From NCBI GenBank assembly GCA_028710695.1, contig JAQTTP010000005.1, positions 1-32,000 of the forward strand: DNA of 32,000 nt, given 5' to 3'. Source of the stretch: Candidatus Iainarchaeum sp. (lineage in GTDB: Archaea; Iainarchaeota; Iainarchaeia; Iainarchaeales; 0-14-0-20-30-16). Both the position numbers and the translations under genes were made by a program. Every line of letters starts with the position of its first letter. Within the stretch, counting starts at the first letter, position 1. Below are positions 24,771 through 32,000 of the stretch, piece after piece. The notes under the pieces are model-generated. The model had not been told where the DNA came from and did no database searches. It saw only the letters and a program-made list of their open reading frames with translations.

Positions 24771-26027
24771 CTATGCCTTCTCGTGCTTTGGATCTTTTAT
24801 TTTAATCTTTATTTTCCTTGGAGTTATTAAAAACAATATTAAAGATACACCTATTCCAATAATTCCAATGGTTCCAAAAGCCTGTATGTTTCCGAAAGTA
24901 TCTGCTAAGAATCCAGCAAGTATTGGGCCAATTACATATCCAATATTTGTTGCAATATCTGCCTGACTTTCTATTTCTGTGCCAACAGATTCACTTTCAG
25001 AAATGTAATCTGCGTAGGTGCTATTATTTGCAGGATACGCAACACTAACAAACAGCCCAATAAATAATGCAAGAATTATTAGAACAATATGGCTTGGCAC
25101 AAAAAAGAAGCCAATTAGTGCAATGGATGCAAGCAGTAGAGCTATTATTGCAGTTCTCTTTTTTCCAAGCAAGCCAGTTACGGGCCCAATAATCCAGCCC
25201 ATAAACAAAGGAGGAAGCAAATATGCAGATATAAATAAACTTCCAAGGATTCCTAAATCTGCCCAACTTTCAACAAGCAAAGGCCCAATAGTCCAAAATG
25301 TTGCATCAATAACATTTATCATTAGGGTCATAATCAAGACAGGGAAAATAAGTTTGCCTATCTGACCCCAGATATATAATTCCCTTCTCTTAACTTCTGG
25401 CTCTTTAGGAATTACATTATTTGCTTTTCCGTTTTTAAGGGTAAACAAAAGAATTATGAAAAATATAAAGGATATACCTAAGAAAAACCAGGACATTATA
25501 AATGGAGTAAACACAACTGTTTCTTGGATAACAAACCCAGCAATAAGGGGAGATAAAAGATAACCTATTGCAGTAAACACACTTAATAACCCAAAGCTTG
25601 AGGCATGTTCCTCTTTTTTTACATATCTTCCAACAAAGTCATAACGCCCAACATTAAACAAGTCATAGTATATACCCCATATTGCCATTGCGATAATATA
25701 CAGCCAAATAGTATTGGCTTGCCACAATATCAGGGGGTAGAAAGCACATATTACAAATAGAATAAGATACATTCTCCTTACTGTTGCATTTTTAAAAATT
25801 CTACAAAGCAAGATATCAAACAAAAAACCAGCAATAGAAGAAGTTCCAATTATAATCCCCATCATTGTTTTTGAAACTGCTTCACCAGTGATAACTAATG
25901 GCACTATATACTCAAGAATTCCATCAAAGATAGTCCAAAAAAGGATCAGGAAAGCCATGGCATACAAAGCCCTGTGCTTAAAGCCATACTTTCTTATGTG
26001 GTCATATACATGTTTAAATCCACGCAT
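24771..26027 (-). CDS. Major facilitator superfamily transporter
   Basis: 418 aa, about 12 hydrophobic segments, with GKKRTAIIALLLASIALIGFFFVPSH in the MFS central/second half. Confidence 0.8.
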   Translation of the reverse strand: MRGFKHVYDHIRKYGFKHRALYAMAFLILFWTIFDGILEYIVPLVITGEAVSKTMMGIIIGTSSIAGFLFDILLCRIFKNATVRRMYLILFVICAFYPLILWQANTIWLYIIAMAIWGIYYDLFNVGRYDFVGRYVKKEEHASSFGLLSVFTAIGYLLSPLIAGFVIQETVVFTPFIMSWFFLGISFIFFIILLFTLKNGKANNVIPKEPEVKRRELYIWGQIGKLIFPVLIMTLMINVIDATFWTIGPLLVESWADLGILGSLFISAYLLPPLFMGWIIGPVTGLLGKKRTAIIALLLASIALIGFFFVPSHIVLIILALFIGLFVSVAYPANNSTYADYISESESVGTEIESQADIATNIGYVIGPILAGFLADTFGNIQAFGTIGIIGIGVSLILFLITPRKIKIKIKDPKHEKA

Positions 26028-26125
26028 GTAGATAAAAAGTGATTTAGATTTAAAATACTTGCCTTAGTAATTTAAAAAATATGCTCAATTAGTGGCTGGA
26101 TTATTATACTTAAAAATTAATCCAA

Positions 26126-29100
26126 CTACCAAGGTTTGGGCTTGAACATATTAGAGTAACATAATTCTACCCCGTGGTCAGCCATGATTGCTTCAAGTTT
26201 TTGATTATACAAAACATACCAATCTTTTATGTTTACCACAACATTAGACATAAGGTCATAGCCATCTGGATCTATAGATTCAGGATAAAATGCAACAGCA
26301 CAAATATTCATATTTTCATCAAGTTCTGAAAAATTTGTCTTGTCAAAGTACACATAGTTTATAAACTCCTCAATTAAGCTACCCGCCATCTGTTCAGTAT
26401 AGTTTTTCGGAGGATCAGAAGCAGTAACATAAAACTCAAAATTACCATATATATCAGAGCCTATTGACAGAGCAAAATATTTGTCGTCATAAAGATCTGA
26501 TTCTTTTAAACACATATCTGAAACATATTCTTTCTTTCCATTTACTTCGATTACATCGCTTCCACAAAAATTATTAACTCCATAACAAAATTCTGAACCA
26601 AATACCTTTGCTCCTTTTTTACAATATTTGGGCTGAACAATATAGTCCGGAGAAATATCCTGAATTAAATCCCCAAGGATAACAGAAATAGAGCTGGCAC
26701 CACATTTATTTTGTGGTTCATAATAAATATCATATCCATCCCCATAGGTAATAAGTCCAGATTCATTTTTACCCACGCTTGGGTCAGTTGGACCACTACA
26801 AAAGTTTTTGTCTTGGTCATATTCTACACAGGCACCATTTTTACAAGTTGCGTTTTCATCATTCAAAATTTCAGAGCAATCTACTTTCTTATAATCTACA
26901 ACATTATTTTTACAAATCTGTTCTTGTAACTTTGGCTTAGATTCATAACCACAGACATCGTTATTTATATGATTTATTCCAAATTCATCATTACTTATCA
27001 CAAGAGACTTCTTAAAATAATTTTCATCATCAACATCTTCACAGGCCAGGTCCACTGAAGACATACAAACTCCAAAACTAGAGTTACATATCTGGCCAGA
27101 TTCACAGGCATCTTCTACTATTTCATACTTGTTTCCATTGCACACATACTTTGTTGCTTGAGGAAATCCAAATTCTGTTTTACACCCATTATTATACTTT
27201 GTTTGTATTCCATAAATATCAGTATAATATACTGCATAATTTGTCTGACTACAGGATTCTAATAATGGACTAGGAGCAACACAAGATCCATCAATACACT
27301 TTTCTTGTCCAACACAACTTATTTTTTTATCGCCCATTGTTTTATCATCAACACAATAATAGGTTACTATTTCAAAATCACTATTACATTTAGGTTTAAA
27401 AGAGTCTGTTTGGCCAAACCAATCTGTATACAGAACAGAGGTGTTTTTGTCCACACACTCTTGTAGATCTGGGTTTTTTTCTACACAGGCTCCATAGTCA
27501 TTATAATTCTCAACACAAAAATAATTGTCCCCATAAATATTACAGTTTATTGTTGCAGCCTCAAAATTCGTATTGTTACAATAGGTCTCAACAAGAGTAG
27601 TAGAATCTAGGCAAATATCTTTTTCAAAATATGAAAACGGCCCGATTTTATATTTTACTTCCCCAGGAACAAATGGGTCTAACCCACCATCATTGATATT
27701 ATCACAGGTTTTTACTTCTGGCTGTGGAACAACACAAGCACCATATTCACATACCATGCCTTCGGAATTACAATCATAAGTTATGTAATTAAAATCTAGA
27801 CCACTACATATTGCTTCAGATAGTATTGTCCCCCCCCAACACCCATCATTTGCATAGGTTGGAGCAAAATAATCTTTCCCGTCATAAGTATAGATGTTAT
27901 TTCCAGTAACGCTTTTTGAAGTATAATAGTCAACTACATTGGTATCTACATCACACTCAAATTTTTTGTCAGCCATTACACACGAACCATCTAAACAAAT
28001 ACTATCACAAAAGTTCATTGAAAAATCGGGTATTACACCCTCACAAAAATAATCTTTTTTAAGAAACAAAGATTCACAATAATCTGGCAGAATGTGTTCT
28101 TCACCTTTTAAGTCATTAAATACTACTTCACCATACTCGCTATTACCCCAAAAGTCACCGGGTGCAGAATCATCACAATCCAAATTTGTTGTGCTTTCCC
28201 CTGCTTCTAATTCAACACACATTCCACCTTCACATTTTTTATCTATAGCATAACAAGGTACTGTTTTTTCACCCAAACTAGGTTCACCAGAATCAAGTTT
28301 ACAATATGATTCGTCAAGTATAAAGTTATTCCAATTACATGAATCTTCTGAAACAGTAAGCCCAGCCCCTTTTAGTATTGCTTTAGAATACTCAAAAGGA
28401 GCAGGATATAAAAATCCGCCGTCAGGATCATAACAAGTGAGTTTACAGGTTGTGTTTTCATCTAAAAAGTATGAATCTCCAGTATAAACTGATTTTTCTA
28501 AATAATTATTTGTTTCATCTGTTTCTTCAACCATAAGACCTGTATCAAGATCTATTTTAACAGATATGTTTTCAGATAATCCTGCAAAAAAAGCAAGAGT
28601 ATTCATTTTTTGGGGCTCATTTATTTCAATACAAGAATCCGCCTCAATTAGTCCATATTTTCCAACACTATAATTGAGCTTTATGCTTGTCCCCTTACTT
28701 ATCACGCTGACCTGGATCTCAAAATCTGTTGTTATTTTACCAGCCCCTTTATTACAAACTTTAAAAGAAACATAATTCAAACAATTTTCACTTTTTGCAA
28801 TATCTTTTATTTCACCAACATAAAGATCTACTTCTTGTTTTTCAATTTTACAGTCGGAGTCACAGCCATCACTATCTTTGTCATTTCCATCATCACATTC
28901 TTCGCTATCTTTAATGAACCCATCTCCGCACTTTTTTTGTATACAAGCACCAGATTTACATAAATAATTTGTAGGACATTTTACCTCTTTAGATGCCACT
29001 ACTTTCTTTGAAACATCACAATAGGCTTCACTTAGATTATCTCCACCTTCTTCCAAACACGAATCTATTAACCAATTACAACCTTTTGGAACATTATATT

Positions 29101-29473
29101 TGCTTCCGTCTGGGTTATACATCGTAATTTCATTTAAATTGTAACTTGTTGTTACACCTGATTTATAGATGCTTTGATTGTCAGTATCTTTACAAACTGC
29201 AGTAATAGCTCCAATTCTACTAACGGTGGGCACCAGCTGTTTTTTTAGTTCACTACAAAGACTTACAGCATATGCTTCTTGATAATTTGATACGTTAATT
29301 AAAGGCTGATTTTCATTAATTGTTTTTATTTTATTGTGATCAATAACTGGAAGATATAGAAGTGCAGATTTGTTGCTCCATTGAGGGATTACAAAAATTG
29401 ATGCCACAAAACAAGCAACAACTAAAAAAAACAAAACCCACAATAAATACTTTTTTTTACTTACACTGTGCAT
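26126..29473 (-). CDS. Large membrane-anchored Cys-rich surface/secreted protein
   Basis: N-terminal TM (YLLWVLFFLVVACFVASIFVI), CGDGFIKDSEECDDGNDKDSDGCDSDCKI (Myxococcus-type Cys-rich repeat), CARDB-like domain, then serial Cys-rich repeats. Track start is GTG 29488; ATG at 29473 is alternative. Confidence 0.85.
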   Translation of the reverse strand: MHSVSKKKYLLWVLFFLVVACFVASIFVIPQWSNKSALLYLPVIDHNKIKTINENQPLINVSNYQEAYAVSLCSELKKQLVPTVSRIGAITAVCKDTDNQSIYKSGVTTSYNLNEITMYNPDGSKYNVPKGCNWLIDSCLEEGGDNLSEAYCDVSKKVVASKEVKCPTNYLCKSGACIQKKCGDGFIKDSEECDDGNDKDSDGCDSDCKIEKQEVDLYVGEIKDIAKSENCLNYVSFKVCNKGAGKITTDFEIQVSVISKGTSIKLNYSVGKYGLIEADSCIEINEPQKMNTLAFFAGLSENISVKIDLDTGLMVEETDETNNYLEKSVYTGDSYFLDENTTCKLTCYDPDGGFLYPAPFEYSKAILKGAGLTVSEDSCNWNNFILDESYCKLDSGEPSLGEKTVPCYAIDKKCEGGMCVELEAGESTTNLDCDDSAPGDFWGNSEYGEVVFNDLKGEEHILPDYCESLFLKKDYFCEGVIPDFSMNFCDSICLDGSCVMADKKFECDVDTNVVDYYTSKSVTGNNIYTYDGKDYFAPTYANDGCWGGTILSEAICSGLDFNYITYDCNSEGMVCEYGACVVPQPEVKTCDNINDGGLDPFVPGEVKYKIGPFSYFEKDICLDSTTLVETYCNNTNFEAATINCNIYGDNYFCVENYNDYGACVEKNPDLQECVDKNTSVLYTDWFGQTDSFKPKCNSDFEIVTYYCVDDKTMGDKKISCVGQEKCIDGSCVAPSPLLESCSQTNYAVYYTDIYGIQTKYNNGCKTEFGFPQATKYVCNGNKYEIVEDACESGQICNSSFGVCMSSVDLACEDVDDENYFKKSLVISNDEFGINHINNDVCGYESKPKLQEQICKNNVVDYKKVDCSEILNDENATCKNGACVEYDQDKNFCSGPTDPSVGKNESGLITYGDGYDIYYEPQNKCGASSISVILGDLIQDISPDYIVQPKYCKKGAKVFGSEFCYGVNNFCGSDVIEVNGKKEYVSDMCLKESDLYDDKYFALSIGSDIYGNFEFYVTASDPPKNYTEQMAGSLIEEFINYVYFDKTNFSELDENMNICAVAFYPESIDPDGYDLMSNVVVNIKDWYVLYNQKLEAIMADHGVELCYSNMFKPKPW
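28830..28935 (-). other. Myxococcus-type cysteine-rich repeat motif (DUF4215-like) in the large surface protein
   Basis: CGDGFIKDSEECDDGNDKDSDGCDSDCKIEK. Coordinates approximate. Confidence 0.75.
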
Positions 29474-31862
29474 CTTCACAAATATCACCTTGTTCTGTAC
29501 AATCTGTTAATTTGTTATCCACATATGGACCTCCACAAATCCATTCATGAAGATAATTCGAGCTAAATACTTTGCCGCCGACATCATTAACACAACCATT
29601 TTCAAAGTATTCTATTTCTCCTTCGCCTTCACAGTGAGTCAATCCTTTAGGATCTTCTAGGCACCAATCTTCATCAAGAGAATAACATTCTCCTTTGTAA
29701 CAATATTCTCCATCTTTAATTTCACCTGGCGCAGGGACATATTCCTCTTCAGGATTCGCGGGATCAATACAAGCCCCAAAACTACACACTAGGCCTTCCT
29801 TTGAACAATCATACTTTTCATATTTTGCAGTATTATTGTCACAAGAATATTCCAATAGGATTGTATTGCTTAAACACTTATCCTGATAATAATTTTTAGT
29901 ACCTAAAACATTGGTATACTTTATTGCTGTACTGTCATAGTATTCTCCAGATAATTCAGAGTATTCATCCACAACACAGGTTTCTTGTTGTGGCACAAGT
30001 GTTGAACAGGCACCATTTACACAAGTCTTTCCATCTTTAGAACAATCTTTTTCTAAATAAACAGAACCCTCTTGACAATCCACACTATCATATGAGCCCT
30101 CTTTACAATTATATCCCGCATTACAACTAAATTCATACAAAGTACCCATTGGCAAACAAAGGGGGTTATCTTGATTATCAATATCTGAATCACATTGCCC
30201 ACCATTTTGAACAAGCCCACAATGATCTTCAAACTTTTTAGATTCTGATCCTACATTTGTCTCCCCCAATACAGACAAGTCACATATCAAATCAAGGGTT
30301 ATTTCCCCACTGGAGAATTTGTTTGTATTTTCCCCGTCCAGATCACTACAATTTACCTCAGTATCACAATCTTCATCTTCATTAATGCATTTTCCATCAT
30401 AACAGGCACAATCTTTAGTCCAAGAAGTCAATATTGGAGTATCAGATTGGCAAGAATAATCCTTTAACTTTTTACTATAAAGAACTTCCTCTTCATCATC
30501 ATTAACACACACTGATTTAACTTCGTGTTCTATTCCATCCACGTCCCAATACTTTACAACATCACCAAGATCTTTACAATCAAATCCAATGTAATCTTTT
30601 TCAACACAGGCACCATTTTCACAAGCCATGTTTAACATATAACAAGGAATTTCCAAAGACTTTGATTCATATCCGCTTTGGGTTTTATCACATGTTTGTT
30701 CATATAGGATAACACCGCCCACAGAACAGAAATCCTCTAATTCATATTCATATCCACCCGAATTAAGGCCAATAATTTTTGAACTTTCCAAATAGGCCTT
30801 ACCACCAAGATAAGCATCTAAGTCAGTACAAGTAACTTCACAAACAGAGCCATTATTCAAATAAGTATCTCCCGAATATATATTTGAACTTTCAAATACA
30901 TTTTCTTCATCTTTTTCAGCAATTACATTTTCTGTATCAAGAACAATAGATACATCATAAACTTCCTTTAGCCCAACCCCAAACTGAGCTAAATCTAACT
31001 TTTTTGGATCCTCTAAAGTAACACATCCAGATCCGTATCCGCCATACTTTCCTTGCAGATAAGTAAGCTTTCTTTCAACATCATTTATTTTTATTAAGAT
31101 ATTAAAATCATCTAATACAGGCATATTGCCCACATTACAAATATCAAAAGTTAAGGAGTTAATACATTTTTCCTGATGTGGCACAAGATGTATTTTTTGA
31201 ACAACCAAGTCTGGTGCTTTTTCTATTTTACAAGTCTGGCTACAACCATCTCCTGATTTTACACCGCCATCATCGCATTGCTCACCATCATCTACAACCC
31301 CATTTCCGCAGAGCCCTGGAATACAAGTGCCTTTATAACAAATATAACTATCTCCGTAGTCTTTACAGTCTTTTGAAATATATGTCGGCCAATATTCAAG
31401 AAATACGTATTTTTTTTCTACGCCATCTTCAATTATTTTTTTACAATTAGCTTCATAAAGAACAGAACTACTTTTACAATAATCCGCTATTACTTTACAG
31501 CCCTTTTTTGCAGTAGTTAACCCATTGTCATAATAATTAAAGTCTTTAAGAGCATAACCAAAGGCCTTGTCTTTGCTCAAATAGCTTGTGCCATTATCTT
31601 TACAGGCAAAGGAAACATTATTTTCCTCTGCTTTTTCTTGAAGATATGTACAAAAAGAATCATCTGCAACAGTTACATCAGAAACTATTCTACTTATTGC
31701 AATTGGATTAGTTACTTTTGTGAGGTCTTTCATCTTATTGTGATCTATAACTGGAATAAAAATATAGCTTTGTTTTACAGTAAAAGAACTTAAAAATCCG
31801 AAGGCAAATATTCCTACAACTACAAGCAAAATAAGCAAGAACCCAAAATAGCCTTTATGCAA
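29457..31862 (-). CDS. Paralogous membrane-anchored Cys-rich surface/secreted protein
   Basis: 801 aa with the same architecture as the downstream gene: N-terminal TM, ...IFIPVIDHNKMK (versus LYLPVIDHNKIK), CGNGVVDDGEQCDDGGVKSGDGCSQTCKIEK, CARDB-like domain (PDLVVQKIHLVPHQEKCINSLTFDICNVGN), Cys-rich repeats. TTG start. Confidence 0.85.
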   Translation of the reverse strand: MHKGYFGFLLILLVVVGIFAFGFLSSFTVKQSYIFIPVIDHNKMKDLTKVTNPIAISRIVSDVTVADDSFCTYLQEKAEENNVSFACKDNGTSYLSKDKAFGYALKDFNYYDNGLTTAKKGCKVIADYCKSSSVLYEANCKKIIEDGVEKKYVFLEYWPTYISKDCKDYGDSYICYKGTCIPGLCGNGVVDDGEQCDDGGVKSGDGCSQTCKIEKAPDLVVQKIHLVPHQEKCINSLTFDICNVGNMPVLDDFNILIKINDVERKLTYLQGKYGGYGSGCVTLEDPKKLDLAQFGVGLKEVYDVSIVLDTENVIAEKDEENVFESSNIYSGDTYLNNGSVCEVTCTDLDAYLGGKAYLESSKIIGLNSGGYEYELEDFCSVGGVILYEQTCDKTQSGYESKSLEIPCYMLNMACENGACVEKDYIGFDCKDLGDVVKYWDVDGIEHEVKSVCVNDDEEEVLYSKKLKDYSCQSDTPILTSWTKDCACYDGKCINEDEDCDTEVNCSDLDGENTNKFSSGEITLDLICDLSVLGETNVGSESKKFEDHCGLVQNGGQCDSDIDNQDNPLCLPMGTLYEFSCNAGYNCKEGSYDSVDCQEGSVYLEKDCSKDGKTCVNGACSTLVPQQETCVVDEYSELSGEYYDSTAIKYTNVLGTKNYYQDKCLSNTILLEYSCDNNTAKYEKYDCSKEGLVCSFGACIDPANPEEEYVPAPGEIKDGEYCYKGECYSLDEDWCLEDPKGLTHCEGEGEIEYFENGCVNDVGGKVFSSNYLHEWICGGPYVDNKLTDCTEQGDICEDAQCK

Positions 31863-31892
31863 AAATAATCCCTCGTATAATATGAGGGAATA

Positions 31893-32000
31893 CTATATAT
31901 ATTTCTTTACTTCGGCCCTTATAAACTCACTAAGCTCTTTCATCTCTGGCTTCTTACCGGTTTGCTTTACAATCTCTTGGATTATTGGGCCCATCATTGG
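31893..32000 (-). CDS. C-terminal fragment of a protein running off the window
   Basis: Hand translation: ...PMMGPIIQEIVKQTGKKPEMKELSEFIRAEVKKYI*. Faint resemblance to tRNA-amidotransferase/YqeY tails; not assigned. Confidence 0.5.
   Translation of the reverse strand, partial: PMMGPIIQEIVKQTGKKPEMKELSEFIRAEVKKYI

Noticed and set aside
26330-31225. Cys-rich repeats considered as a DNA-level tandem repeat or CRISPR-like array
   Set aside because: Repetition is at the protein level only; units differ in length and nucleotide sequence, and no constant repeat/spacer pattern exists.

Overview
AT-rich archaeal chromosomal window with small, tightly packed genes. The gene content and the unusual hypothetical proteins suggest a DPANN-type archaeon, but that lineage call is inference. 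Recognisable genes: Sec61-beta-like subunit, archaeal beta-CASP RNase, TatD-family hydrolase, DedA-family membrane protein, TyrRS, MBF1-like regulator, M50/site-2-type protease, two SAM methyltransferases (one HemK/Mtq2-like), a B12-binding-type radical SAM protein, IleRS, deoxyhypusine synthase, a fold-III PLP decarboxylase homologue, an agmatinase/arginase-family enzyme and an MFS transporter. The least explained parts are: (1) an about 1970-aa charged, coiled-coil-like protein with one duplicated pair of conserved modules and a TPR-like region, ending directly at tyrS; (2) an ileS-dys-PLP decarboxylase-ureohydrolase run in which the decarboxylase appears to have lost its catalytic Cys; (3) two tandem membrane-anchored Cys-rich proteins (801 and about 1115 aa) built from diverged C-x2-G-x-C repeats, the first with a TTG start whose SD lies in a hairpin. 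No CRISPR array, transposon, rRNA or tRNA was recognised. All calls come from reading motifs; no database search was run.
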